Below are positions 43,409 to 53,224 of a DNA stretch of 62,869 bases, one piece after another. Position numbers and translations under genes: made by a program. The stretch's first letter is position 1; every line of letters starts with the position of its first letter. The stretch comes from a virus. The stretch spans positions 1-62,869 of the IMG/VR virus record IMGVR_UViG_3300045988_104021. One strand, given 5' to 3'. Below the pieces are notes generated by a model. It did no database searches. It saw only the letters and a program-made list of their open reading frames with translations, and was not told the DNA's origin.

Positions 43409-44161
43409 ATGAAAGTATCTGTTATACGAAAAAAGATGAAAAAAGCAATGAGTTCGGCAAGCAAAACCCGGAAATTGAAAATCACGATTTCCGGGGAAAG
43501 TTCCGAAAAGAGCAAAAAGAAAAAATCGTATAAACTCACTATCCCGGTGAATCCGGAGAAAATAAATTATAAGTCGAGCGGAAGATTCAACGAGTTCGAC
43601 ATTATCAATAAAGGACCAGCCAAGGTACCAAATGGAAAAGAAATATCAACAGTATCTTGGGAGAGTTTCTTCCCAGGCGCACCGCTTAAAAAGATGCACA
43701 TTGTAAAAAAATACACTGACCCGAACACGATTCATAAGCAGATAGATTACTGGAGACGGAATGGAAAGAAAGTAAAACTTACAATCTCTACCACTCCAAT
43801 CAGTATGAAAGCCTATATAGAATCGTATGAGGAAAGTTACGAAGGTGCAGATGGAAGTATCTATTATTCCATCGAACTATCACAGGCGGTTGATATTGCT
43901 ATCGAAAAGGTCAAAAAGAAAAAAGGAAAGACAAGCGGTAGCAAGCGGTCATCTAAGAATAAAAACAAAAAGAAATACAAGGTAAAAAAAGGTGACAGCC
44001 TTTGGAAAATATCAAAGAAGTTTTACAAGGCAGGAAGCCAATGGAAAAAGATTTACAACGCAAACAAATCAACCATTGAAAAAGCAGCAAAGAAACACGG
44101 AAAGAAATCATCAAACAAGGGACATTGGATTTATCCTGGAACCACTTTGAAGATTCCGTGA
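43409..44161 (+). CDS. LysM-domain tail protein (XkdP-like)
   Basis: C-terminal YKVKKGDSLWKISKKFY...WKKIYNANK...YPGTTLKIP. Confidence 0.75.
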   Translation: MKVSVIRKKMKKAMSSASKTRKLKITISGESSEKSKKKKSYKLTIPVNPEKINYKSSGRFNEFDIINKGPAKVPNGKEISTVSWESFFPGAPLKKMHIVKKYTDPNTIHKQIDYWRRNGKKVKLTISTTPISMKAYIESYEESYEGADGSIYYSIELSQAVDIAIEKVKKKKGKTSGSKRSSKNKNKKKYKVKKGDSLWKISKKFYKAGSQWKKIYNANKSTIEKAAKKHGKKSSNKGHWIYPGTTLKIP

Positions 44162-44179
44162 TGAAAGAGAGGTGATACC

Positions 44180-45202
44180 ATGGCAGCATCTATGACGAAT
44201 CCGGTTTATACGGCCAATTTAATATCAGGCGACCAGAAATACCGCTTGAAAGGAATTACGACCGACCTTATAACCTCGCATGAAAACAATGACATAGCGG
44301 AAAAGGTAACGATTACTTTTGCAAACGTCAAAGTAGGGAAGAAACAACTTCATAGCATTGTCAAATTGAGAGATAAAATCTACGTGTATGCGAATACAGG
44401 TAGCGGTGCCAAAGAGGTTTTCCGTGGCATTGTATGGGAGCGTCAGTTTGACCGTACATCGGATGTGAAAGAAGTTAAGCTGATATGCTATGACAAACTT
44501 ATCTATCTCATGAACAGCAAGGATAACCTTTTTGTAAAGAAAGGAACCACAACCAAGAGTGCCGTAACCAAACTGGCCAAAAAGTGGGGATTGAAAATCC
44601 GGTATTCCTATAAAAGTATCTCAAATAAGAAAATCGTGTACCGGAGTGAAACCATAGCGGATATACTGGTATCTTTGCTGAATAAAGCAAAAAAGGAAAC
44701 AGGCGTTGGCTATGTCATACGTTTTGAAAAGAATGTCCTTGTGATCGAGCCGACAGGAAAAAACAAAACGGTATACAAGGTTGAGAGCGGAGATAACTCT
44801 TTATCTGTTTCCTACAATGAGACGATGGATGGAATGATTACAAAAGTTAAAATCGTGAAAGCCGAAACCAAAAAAAAGAAAGATTCGGAAGAGGAAACAG
44901 GACGGTATATCACAGTCGCTAACGTAAAAGGAAATACAAAAAAATACGGAACTTTGCAGGATATTCTTGAAAAGGGCAAAGACGATAAAATGTCTAAGGT
45001 CAAAAAAGAAGCGCAGAACATGATAAAAAAAGACGGCTCACCGAAAAAGAATATCACTGTATCGGCGGTTGATAACCCTTGGATAAAAAAAGGCTATAAG
45101 GTATATATCAACTCCGGCAACCTGAAAAACTATTACATTGTGAAAGGCATTGAGCATGATGCAACCAACCATACAATGACGATGGAGGTGAAAAAGGCTT
45201 AA
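44180..45202 (+). CDS. tail/baseplate hub protein (XkdQ / gpD-like)
   Basis: Synteny and size. Confidence 0.6.
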   Translation: MAASMTNPVYTANLISGDQKYRLKGITTDLITSHENNDIAEKVTITFANVKVGKKQLHSIVKLRDKIYVYANTGSGAKEVFRGIVWERQFDRTSDVKEVKLICYDKLIYLMNSKDNLFVKKGTTTKSAVTKLAKKWGLKIRYSYKSISNKKIVYRSETIADILVSLLNKAKKETGVGYVIRFEKNVLVIEPTGKNKTVYKVESGDNSLSVSYNETMDGMITKVKIVKAETKKKKDSEEETGRYITVANVKGNTKKYGTLQDILEKGKDDKMSKVKKEAQNMIKKDGSPKKNITVSAVDNPWIKKGYKVYINSGNLKNYYIVKGIEHDATNHTMTMEVKKA

Positions 45203-45498
45203 TGAGTAAGAATAGCAATCGTGGGGCGTACAGGCTTGCTGACGTACTCCAAAAGCGAATGAAAAAGGTGAGCGGTCACTCCATCGAAGTAAGCGCAGAA
45301 CTCGGTGAAATAGCGTCAGGAAATAAGCTGAAACTGGACTCTCTCCCCGAAGCCACATTGGATAAAGATGATTATTCGGTATGCAAGACCATAGCAGACA
45401 CAGATCCGTTAAAAAAGGATGATAGGGTTCTTGTTGTTTGGACAGACACCGGGGAGCCGGTTGTCATAGATAAAATTGTATCAGCAGACAAACTATAG
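45202..45498 (+). CDS. XkdR-like small baseplate protein
   Basis: Synteny. Confidence 0.5.
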   Translation: MSKNSNRGAYRLADVLQKRMKKVSGHSIEVSAELGEIASGNKLKLDSLPEATLDKDDYSVCKTIADTDPLKKDDRVLVVWTDTGEPVVIDKIVSADKL

Positions 45499-45514
45499 AA
45501 AGGCGGTGTAAGTC

Positions 45515-45985
45515 ATGGATGAAGAAAATTTGTTCCCAGAAGAGGACGAACTGGAAGAAGATGATTTGGTAGACGATGACGATGACGAAGAACCGATTGG
45601 CTACAAGATAGCACCGTACTTTGATTCTGTGATTGGTGAATTTCTTCTCGATGGTAACGGACAAATCGTAACCGCTGACGAAGTAACCGCATGGCAGCAG
45701 TGGTGTGAGAATGTCGTATCAACTGACCGATATAACCACGATTCTTACACGGATGATATTGGAATTGATTATGACGAAATCTTCCAGCTTAACGACCAGG
45801 AAGAAATCGAAACCGAGTTAGAACAGGAAATATCCGAAGCCTTAACTTGTGACCCATACGGACGCACACAGTATGTACAGAATATCGAGTTTGAATGGCT
45901 CAACTCAACGGAAGTAATGCTAACTATTGAGGTTGTTGGATTAGATAATGAATTAGTAACTATAGACACTGTAATATCTGCATAG
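45515..45985 (+). CDS. XkdS-like baseplate protein with an acidic N-terminus
   Basis: Synteny. Confidence 0.5.
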   Translation: MDEENLFPEEDELEEDDLVDDDDDEEPIGYKIAPYFDSVIGEFLLDGNGQIVTADEVTAWQQWCENVVSTDRYNHDSYTDDIGIDYDEIFQLNDQEEIETELEQEISEALTCDPYGRTQYVQNIEFEWLNSTEVMLTIEVVGLDNELVTIDTVISA

Positions 45986-45999
45986 AATGGGGGTGCATT

Positions 46000-47145
46000 A
46001 TGGCTGATATTAAAGATTTAGAAGAATTAGAAATACCGGAGTTTCTTTCAAACAACGATGAAGATGACATTCACGATGAGATGCTTGCGGTTATCCCTGA
46101 TGAATACGACAAAAGCGAAGGTGGACACCTTTGGAACTTCACAAGACCTACCGCTTTGATTGTTTCACAGCTAAGAGGTTTTGATTTACCGAACGCCATC
46201 AACCTTATATGGCCGAGATTTTCTTCCGGAGAATATGTTGACCTTCACGCTGAATTAAGAAACATGACAAGAAAAGAAGCGTTGTACGCTACCGGGGAAA
46301 TCACCATCACAGGCACACCGGAAACGGTCATACCGGCAGGATATTCATGTGCTACAGAATCAAAGAATGATGTAGCATCAAAATCCTATGTAACCACGGA
46401 AGAATGCGAAATCGGAGAAGATGGTACCGTAACCGTTCATGCACAGGCAGCAGTAGCAGGCTCAGATGGAAACACGGCAGCCAATACCATCGTTATCAAC
46501 TCTTCCGGATATGACGATGTAACAGGAATCACAAATGAAGCATCATTTACCGGCGGCGTGGATGAAGAGGACGATGAAAGCCTGATTGAACGAATTCGAG
46601 AGTATGACCAAATGCAGGGTGTTTCCAATATTGGAAACCCATCGGACTATAAGCGTTGGGCGAAATCCGTACCAGGTACCGGAACGGCAAATATTATCCG
46701 GGCAACCGATACATCCGGATTGGTAACCATCGTTTTGACAGACGGAAACGGAGAACCGGCAAGCGAAGCACTATGTACCAAGGTATACAACTACATCATG
46801 TCTCCTGATGATGAACAGTCAAGGCTTGCACCGTGTGGAGCGAATCTTTCCGTTGTGGCACCGACAACAACCACGATCACGATAGCCGCTGCAGTAACAT
46901 TGACTTCCGGAACGGTTGAAAGCATTACAGCGGTATTTGTATCGAAATTAAATGATTACTTTTCTAGTGCCGTAGATGATGGCGAAATAAGGTATCAGAA
47001 AATTGGAAACATTTTGGGAGATATTGAAGGTGTCTATGACTTTAGCGGTCTTTATGTGAATAGCGGAATGGCAAACATACCTCTAAGCACAGGCTTTTTC
47101 CCTTATACGAGTAGCGAAAGTGTAACGCTGACGCTTGAAGAATAG
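46000..47145 (+). CDS. baseplate J-like protein (XkdT-like)
   Basis: 381 aa. Synteny. Confidence 0.7.
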   Translation: MADIKDLEELEIPEFLSNNDEDDIHDEMLAVIPDEYDKSEGGHLWNFTRPTALIVSQLRGFDLPNAINLIWPRFSSGEYVDLHAELRNMTRKEALYATGEITITGTPETVIPAGYSCATESKNDVASKSYVTTEECEIGEDGTVTVHAQAAVAGSDGNTAANTIVINSSGYDDVTGITNEASFTGGVDEEDDESLIERIREYDQMQGVSNIGNPSDYKRWAKSVPGTGTANIIRATDTSGLVTIVLTDGNGEPASEALCTKVYNYIMSPDDEQSRLAPCGANLSVVAPTTTTITIAAAVTLTSGTVESITAVFVSKLNDYFSSAVDDGEIRYQKIGNILGDIEGVYDFSGLYVNSGMANIPLSTGFFPYTSSESVTLTLEE

Positions 47146-47157
47146 GGGGGGATAACA

Positions 47158-47913
47158 ATGGCAGTAAACAAGGTTACCGCAGATGTAAATGGAGAGTCCT
47201 ATCGGCTGGCTAAAGTCGGACAAGACAGTTACTCACGGTCAATAACCGCTCCATCGGAAGCGGATGATTATAGCGTTCTGGTCCGTGTATCGGATGATGC
47301 CGGAAATGTGACGGAAGTAAACTCGCAATTAAAAGTCAATATCGATCCTAATTCCGCAGATTTAAGACAATCAATTCTTACGGATGAATTAGGGGATATC
47401 ATGCTTGATACGGTTGCTCCGCTTTACGATAACTCAAAACTGACGTTATATGTATTTCAATCCTTTGGCATCACCCTGGCTAAAGAAATGGACTTCACGA
47501 ACGGAGATTTTATCTCGCAGATATTTCCTCAAACAGCCACATGGGGATTGGTGGCATGGGAAGATGAGTTTGGAATCACACCGGATGCAAGCAAGACGAT
47601 AGAACAGCGCAGACAGTACCTTATGAGCGTTATGTTCAAGCACTCACCTATGACACCTTACCGCATTAAACAGCTTGTGGAAGGTATCACAGGATTCAAA
47701 TGCGAAATCGTTGAGAATTACCGACAAAACACCATGCGCATATCTATTCGTGGCTATTATACGAACGTAACTGCTATTCGTACAGAACTTGACAAAAGAC
47801 TGCCGGCACATATGAATTACATCATTGTAACGGCAGAAAAGACGGATATAGACGTTGACAGAGCATCGGCATTTTCCGTAAGTATGAAAGAAAGATTTGA
47901 ACTGGAGGTGTAA
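47158..47913 (+). CDS. XkdU-like (DUF2313-type) tail protein
   Basis: WGLVAWEDEFGI...RRQYLMSVM. Confidence 0.55.
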   Translation: MAVNKVTADVNGESYRLAKVGQDSYSRSITAPSEADDYSVLVRVSDDAGNVTEVNSQLKVNIDPNSADLRQSILTDELGDIMLDTVAPLYDNSKLTLYVFQSFGITLAKEMDFTNGDFISQIFPQTATWGLVAWEDEFGITPDASKTIEQRRQYLMSVMFKHSPMTPYRIKQLVEGITGFKCEIVENYRQNTMRISIRGYYTNVTAIRTELDKRLPAHMNYIIVTAEKTDIDVDRASAFSVSMKERFELEV

Positions 47914-47919
47914 AATTAA

Positions 47920-48414
47920 ATGGCTACATGGAACACAACGATAACGAACAAAGGTTTATCCTTGCTGACAAAGCAAGTCGCAGGCTCTACCCTTACCTTT
48001 ACAAAGATAGTAAGCGGAAGTGGTACCGTTCCTATCGTAAACCTGAAAAAGCAGACGGCGGTAAGCAATATCAAACAGACTCTTGCGAATGAGGGAATCA
48101 TCGTTGACGGTCAACAATTCACGATTACCGTCATTCTATCGAATACGAGCGTTACGACCTCATACAACCTATTACAGATAGGTATTTATGCAACTGATCC
48201 AGACGAGGGGGAAATCCTCTTTGCCATCGCACAGATAGATGAGCCTAGAAAGATTCCTACAAGCGACAATTCTCCCGGATTTAGTCTTGAATTTGCTTTC
48301 ACATTTGCCAACGAAGCCGGAACAAATGTAGAGATAACTCCAACCTTCGCAGGATATGCAACGAGAGAAGAATTAACAAACATGATAGAACTTGGAACAG
48401 ATATCACGGAATAA
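47920..48414 (+). CDS. tail-collar fibre protein
   Basis: MATWNTTITNKGLSLLTKQVAGSTLTFTKIVSGSG. Confidence 0.6.
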   Translation: MATWNTTITNKGLSLLTKQVAGSTLTFTKIVSGSGTVPIVNLKKQTAVSNIKQTLANEGIIVDGQQFTITVILSNTSVTTSYNLLQIGIYATDPDEGEILFAIAQIDEPRKIPTSDNSPGFSLEFAFTFANEAGTNVEITPTFAGYATREELTNMIELGTDITE

Positions 48415-48431
48415 GAAAGGAGTGAAACCTT

Positions 48432-48614
48432 ATGGCAATAAAAACGATGCAAACAACTCTGAACGGTCAAACATACAACCTGACGCTGAACGCAAGCACA
48501 GGAAAGTATGAAGCACAAATTACCGCACCATCCACATCATCTTATAAGCAGTCCGGGCATTACTACCCAATGACGGTAACAGAACGAATGATGCTGGAAA
48601 CACCACCACGGTAA
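48432..48614 (+). CDS. Ig-like-repeat tail fibre, 5' fragment (frame broken near 48585)
   Basis: MAIKTMQTTLNGQTYNLTLNASTGKYEAQITAPS..., parallel to the N-terminus of 47158... Confidence 0.5.
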   Translation: MAIKTMQTTLNGQTYNLTLNASTGKYEAQITAPSTSSYKQSGHYYPMTVTERMMLETPPR

Positions 48615-49324
48615 ACACAAGCACGGCCACAATCGGAGAAAGCCTTAAATTAAAAGTTAAGGAAACCACACCACCTACCGTTACAGTAACATCCCCAACG
48701 GCAAACCAAACCCTCACAAACAACAAACCTACCATTGCATTTACCGTCACGGATACGGATTCCGGCGTAAATGCAGATACAATCAGCGTTACGATTGACG
48801 GAACGAAGTACACAAGTGGAATCAATAAAACGGTAATCACGAACGGCTACAGCTGCACATTTGTACCTGGAACGGCACTTACCGATGGTTCTCATACCGT
48901 AACCGTTGCCGCCACAGATAATGACGGAAACACAAAGACAACCACCGCCGTAACATTCAAGATTGATACGGTACCGCCGGCATTATCCGTTACAAGTCCT
49001 ACAGATGGATTGGTAACAAATCAGCCGACCGTAACAGTCACAGGTACCACGAACGATGCGACATCTTCACCGGTAACCCTTACCATCAACGGAGAAGCCG
49101 TAACCGTTACATCAAACGGAACATTCTCCCACGTTGTTACCCTCACAAACGGAACAAACACCATAACGGTAGTTGCAACCGATGCTGCAGGTAAATCCAC
49201 AACCGTAACGAGAACGGTAACCTACAACACATCCGCTCCGGTTATCAGCGCAGTAACCATCACTCCAAACCCTGTAAATACCGGAAACGTATTTACTATT
49301 TCCGTAACGGCAACGGACGAATAG
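48548..49324 (+). CDS. Ig-like-repeat tail fibre, 3' part in the -1 frame (no start codon before 49010)
   Basis: Open frame ...NDAGNTTTVNTS...TPPTVTVTSPTANQTL...DTVPPALSVTSPTDG...APVISAVTITPNPV with three Ig-like repeats. No ATG, GTG or TTG occurs for about 460 nt. Confidence 0.6.
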   Translation, partial: AVRALLPNDGNRTNDAGNTTTVNTSTATIGESLKLKVKETTPPTVTVTSPTANQTLTNNKPTIAFTVTDTDSGVNADTISVTIDGTKYTSGINKTVITNGYSCTFVPGTALTDGSHTVTVAATDNDGNTKTTTAVTFKIDTVPPALSVTSPTDGLVTNQPTVTVTGTTNDATSSPVTLTINGEAVTVTSNGTFSHVVTLTNGTNTITVVATDAAGKSTTVTRTVTYNTSAPVISAVTITPNPVNTGNVFTISVTATDE

Positions 49325-49336
49325 GGCGGTGGAATC

Positions 49337-49507
49337 ATGGCTAAATATGTGATCGACAATATTACATTAAGCAAAAATCCAGTAAACACCGGGGAAAAGT
49401 TCAAGATAACTGTTTCCCCGGTAACGTGGAACTATTTGAACAAAAATTATACATGGGGTTCTTTGAAGTCAAGTCGCACTTGGGGTTCCATGGTAGATAG
49501 GAGTTGA
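49337..49507 (+). CDS. small hypothetical fibre-region protein (56 aa)
   Basis: MAKYVIDNITLSKNPVNTGEKFKITVSPV..., echoing the end of the previous gene. Confidence 0.4.
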   Translation: MAKYVIDNITLSKNPVNTGEKFKITVSPVTWNYLNKNYTWGSLKSSRTWGSMVDRS

Positions 49508-49511
49508 TGAG

Positions 49512-49661
49512 ATGGCAACAACCACAACGAATTTGAAACTAAAAAAGCCGTCTGATTCGGATGCACCGGACATATCGGTCATTAACGATAACATGGACAA
49601 GATAGATGAAGCCATGGGCGATGTTGCCGTCATCGAACTCGGCTCTGACATCACAGAATAG
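49512..49661 (+). CDS. small protein resembling a tail-fibre N-terminal anchor (49 aa)
   Basis: MATTTTNLKLKKPSDSDAPDISVINDNMDKIDEA. Confidence 0.45.
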   Translation: MATTTTNLKLKKPSDSDAPDISVINDNMDKIDEAMGDVAVIELGSDITE

Positions 49662-49674
49662 GAGGTAAAAATAT

Positions 49675-50682
49675 ATGGCAACTTACAAGACAGGATGGAT
49701 GAAGAAATTGATTAACGGCGTGTCTACGAAGATATTCGCAATCAGCCACGTGAAAGCAATTTACTACGATTATGCAAAAAGCAAGACTTTGAAATCAAAG
49801 CTGGATGAAATGGACACAAGCATCACACAAAAAGCTACAAAAGCAAGTCCAGTATTTACTGGCTACTTAAACCATGGCACAAATAACAGTGTAAATACAA
49901 ACCGTGGCGTAGCCTTGGCAGGAAACAATCTCTTGGTTTATAAAAACCAAATTGCTGGCGGCCATTACAACGACTACACATCTGCATTGGAATGTCCCGA
50001 TGAGGGAGTAAACAACCATGGTTCGCTCCTGGTTCTCGGAAATGGAAAATCTGGAGGAATGGATAACCTATCAAACGCTTTTCGTGTCGGCATTCAGGGT
50101 GATGTGCACGGAATGAAAGCCTATATGAGTAATGGTGCTGACTATGCCGAATTTTTTGAATGGGCGGATGGAAATGGAGAAAGTGAAGATAGAAGGGGGT
50201 ATTTTGTCACGTTTGATGAAGAGAAACCGCACATGATAAGGAAAGCTACAGAAAGCGATTACATCCTCGGAATCGTGAGTGCTAACCCTTGCGTCATTGG
50301 AAACTCAGATGAAGATTGGAGAGGACGCTTCATTCTTGATGACTTCGGAGATTTTATTTTAGAAACTACGGAAGTTGAAAAAAAATGCATTGATAAAGAG
50401 ACAGGAGAAGAAAAGACAGAAACCGTTCCAGCAACATTTTTCAAACAGAATCAGGAGTATGACCCTACAGAGGAATATATCCACAGAAAAGACAGAAAAG
50501 AATGGGATTATGTAGGAATGATTGGTGTATTGAATACTCTTGATGATGGAACTTGCGTAGCTGGTGGCTACTGTAAATGCAACAATGACGGAATCGCAAC
50601 AAATGCACAAGAGAGGGGGATAGATACATACAGAGTGCTTGAAAGGGTAACTGAAAACATCGTCAAGGTCTGTATTAAATAG
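49675..50682 (+). CDS. tail fibre/spike with a C-terminal intramolecular-chaperone (peptidase G2-like) domain
   Basis: SNGADYAEFFEWADGN...YILGIVSANPCVIGNSDEDW. Confidence 0.6.
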   Translation: MATYKTGWMKKLINGVSTKIFAISHVKAIYYDYAKSKTLKSKLDEMDTSITQKATKASPVFTGYLNHGTNNSVNTNRGVALAGNNLLVYKNQIAGGHYNDYTSALECPDEGVNNHGSLLVLGNGKSGGMDNLSNAFRVGIQGDVHGMKAYMSNGADYAEFFEWADGNGESEDRRGYFVTFDEEKPHMIRKATESDYILGIVSANPCVIGNSDEDWRGRFILDDFGDFILETTEVEKKCIDKETGEEKTETVPATFFKQNQEYDPTEEYIHRKDRKEWDYVGMIGVLNTLDDGTCVAGGYCKCNNDGIATNAQERGIDTYRVLERVTENIVKVCIK

Positions 50683-50716
50683 CCTTGGCACCAACAGAAA
50701 GACATGAGGTAGAATT

Positions 50717-51439
50717 ATGTACTACGCACGAATTGACACACAAACAAAGATTTGTGTTGAGGTTTTTGAAACAGATGAAGCTATCAACTATCCACAGTAT
50801 ATCCAACTTGATTCATTGGATGAAAGCCTTGTAAAACGCAAGAAATACGTCAACGGTGGATGGGTGGACACGACAGCAGATGAAGCCTGTGATTACCGTG
50901 CAAAATACGGAGAATGCCACCATAAGTGGCTGGAGGATTGCATCGGAGATACAGATAACTTATCGACAACAGACAAAACAAGCCTTGTCGCAGCGGTAAA
51001 TGAGTGTTTTCAAAATGCCAGTGATGGCAAGACGGCTATTTCCAATGCTATCGCTGGCGTAGACGAAAGCATCACCATCCCAGATAACCCTACATTCGCA
51101 CAGCTGGCCGCTTGCATCGCTCAGATTTCCACCGGCTTGCAGGTAGCCATTGGCTCAATGAATGTATACACTATTCCGGAATCAATCACAGGAGAAACAC
51201 CTTTCCAGCCTAAGATTGTTATTGTTTACAACTTTGGTTCCGGATTAAGTAACTTCAACATGGGATTGTATGTTTCCCCGGAAGTCACAGGAGTATCATC
51301 ACAGCAGATTTCCGATAGTGCAAACGGAATCGGAAACAAATTATCTCGTAGAGCGAATCCATTTACCATTACAGAAACAGGCTTTTCTATGGTAAATACC
51401 GGAGCAGCTACGGATCTGAAATGGATTGCCCTCGGATAA
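50717..51439 (+). CDS. tail fibre-associated protein
   Basis: MYYARIDTQTKICVEVFE... N-terminus shared with the next gene. TSLVAAVNECFQNASDGKTAISNAIAG. Confidence 0.45.
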   Translation: MYYARIDTQTKICVEVFETDEAINYPQYIQLDSLDESLVKRKKYVNGGWVDTTADEACDYRAKYGECHHKWLEDCIGDTDNLSTTDKTSLVAAVNECFQNASDGKTAISNAIAGVDESITIPDNPTFAQLAACIAQISTGLQVAIGSMNVYTIPESITGETPFQPKIVIVYNFGSGLSNFNMGLYVSPEVTGVSSQQISDSANGIGNKLSRRANPFTITETGFSMVNTGAATDLKWIALG

Positions 51440-51516
51440 GAAATGTAACTGTAAACGTGTTTTAAGTCGTGCCGGAGCGGTTTTATCCGCTCCCCGGTAC
51501 GCAGAAAGAGGAAATT

Positions 51517-52650
51517 ATGTATTATTATGCAATGATTGACGATTCAAACATTGTAACCAACACACTTTCAGCTGGTTCTCCTATCTCAGCACCTACCATG
51601 ATTCCTATTACAGAGGAACAATTCAATTCCGGGAATTTGGTAGGAAAGTATTACGATTCTTCCACAGGAGAATTTGTTGACCCGACACCTTCCGTATTGG
51701 CGGCACACAGCACCGGAGAGATCAACCACGGAGAAAAATGGCTGTCTGACATTATCGACAAGTTGGCAAAAAAACCGAAGAGACATAAGACGCTTACGAT
51801 TGTTCAAAATCATGGTATCACTGAAAGAATTAACTCCGGTATCTATAGAAATGGAATGCTTATTCTTGGTGCGGATAAAGGTAAAATATTTACAAGCACT
51901 GATTTTGAAACATTTACTATGCACAGTACACCGCTTACCAATTCTGATTATGTCGTAAAATTTGTCTATGACGGAACATATTTTTACGGATATACATGGG
52001 ATAAGGTTATTAGATCTACAGACGGAATTAACTGGAGCATTTTCACAATACCAGGAGATACGGAAGGAAGTACCGTGAATATAAGAGATATAGTAGCAAC
52101 AGATGGGAAATGCGGTGTTGTTTCATCGGATGGAGATTTGTATATTTCATTAAACGGTGGTGCATTCACCAAAATGGAACTTGACATATCATCAAAAAGT
52201 ATTTTAAGTAGCATTGTTATTTTTAACGATGAGTTTTTAGCCGTTGGTTGTAATTCAGACGAACAGAAACGACTTGCTGTTAGAACGATTAACAATTGCA
52301 CTTCCTATGATTGGGTGGAAGGCGAAAACTTAGATTTTCCTACTGAAATAATTAGCGGTGAAAATGTTATATATGGTATTTTTTACAACGCAGTATATAC
52401 ATCACTTGATGGTTATTATTGGAGATTAGAAAGAGAGTTTAATTGCGCTCATCCACGTATTCGATGCGTTGAAGGAGATTCATGCTTTATTACTAGCGCA
52501 GGTGGAAGAATTTTTTACAGTGATAACAGCAACGATTGGCATATTATTTATCGCTCTCCTGAAGATTATATGGATTTTGCCGGTATCTTTGGAGATAAAT
52601 TTATCACAATCAACAGTGCCTTAGAATTAACCATAGATGAGGCTTATTAG
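51517..52650 (+). CDS. putative receptor-binding protein with BNR/Asp-box-like beta-propeller repeats
   Basis: MYYYAMIDDSNIV... N-terminus, then repeated STDGINWS, SLDGYYW, SDNSNDW, SLNGGAF. Confidence 0.5.
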   Translation: MYYYAMIDDSNIVTNTLSAGSPISAPTMIPITEEQFNSGNLVGKYYDSSTGEFVDPTPSVLAAHSTGEINHGEKWLSDIIDKLAKKPKRHKTLTIVQNHGITERINSGIYRNGMLILGADKGKIFTSTDFETFTMHSTPLTNSDYVVKFVYDGTYFYGYTWDKVIRSTDGINWSIFTIPGDTEGSTVNIRDIVATDGKCGVVSSDGDLYISLNGGAFTKMELDISSKSILSSIVIFNDEFLAVGCNSDEQKRLAVRTINNCTSYDWVEGENLDFPTEIISGENVIYGIFYNAVYTSLDGYYWRLEREFNCAHPRIRCVEGDSCFITSAGGRIFYSDNSNDWHIIYRSPEDYMDFAGIFGDKFITINSALELTIDEAY

Positions 52651-52662
52651 GAGGTAACAACA

Positions 52663-52938
52663 ATGTACATAACACCTGGCACCATCATTCAATGTGCAGC
52701 TGTTCTAACGGCAGCAGGAACTATCATCGGAGTAGTTTTCGCAATCTTCCGATGGTTTCAAAAACAGAAACAGCAGGATATTGATATTGCCGCTCTGAAA
52801 GAAGAGCAATGCCTTTTGACTTATGGTATTCTTGCCTGTCTGAAAGGCTTAAAAGAGCAAGGGTGCAACGGTCCTGTGACCGAAGCCATAAATAAAATTG
52901 AGAAACACGTAAATCAAAAAGCACACGATCAGATTTGA
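52663..52938 (+). CDS. holin-like / lysis accessory membrane protein
   Basis: One N-terminal TM (IIQCAAVLTAAGTIIGVVFAIF) plus a helical tail. Lies just upstream of the holin and lysin. Confidence 0.4.
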   Translation: MYITPGTIIQCAAVLTAAGTIIGVVFAIFRWFQKQKQQDIDIAALKEEQCLLTYGILACLKGLKEQGCNGPVTEAINKIEKHVNQKAHDQI

Positions 52939-52955
52939 AAGGAGGTGACAGAACC

Positions 52956-53222
52956 ATGGATATTTCATTTGTAACAGAATATGCAGTTCCTATCATTGTA
53001 GGAATCTGCCTTTGTATCGGCTATGTGATTAAGAATATCATCACAAGTGAAAAGGTGAACAAGTATATCCCACTCATTATGGCCGTTCTCGGTGTTGTCC
53101 TTAATATCTGGATTAACATGGGATTTACTCCGGCTATTCTGCTTGGCGGTCTTATTAGCGGTCTTGCAAGTACCGGATTGCACCAGGCGTTCAAAAATAT
53201 CATTGAAAGAAAGGATGATTAA
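52956..53222 (+). CDS. holin
   Basis: Three hydrophobic segments (AVPIIVGICLCIGYVI, IPLIMAVLGVVLNIWI, AILLGGLISGLAS) and a charged C-terminus. Confidence 0.6.
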   Translation: MDISFVTEYAVPIIVGICLCIGYVIKNIITSEKVNKYIPLIMAVLGVVLNIWINMGFTPAILLGGLISGLASTGLHQAFKNIIERKDD

Positions 53223-53224
53223 CT

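Noticed and set aside
47158-52650. A diversity-generating retroelement or other targeted hypervariation system in the fibre region.
   Set aside because: No reverse transcriptase gene and no template/variable repeat pair was seen anywhere in the window.
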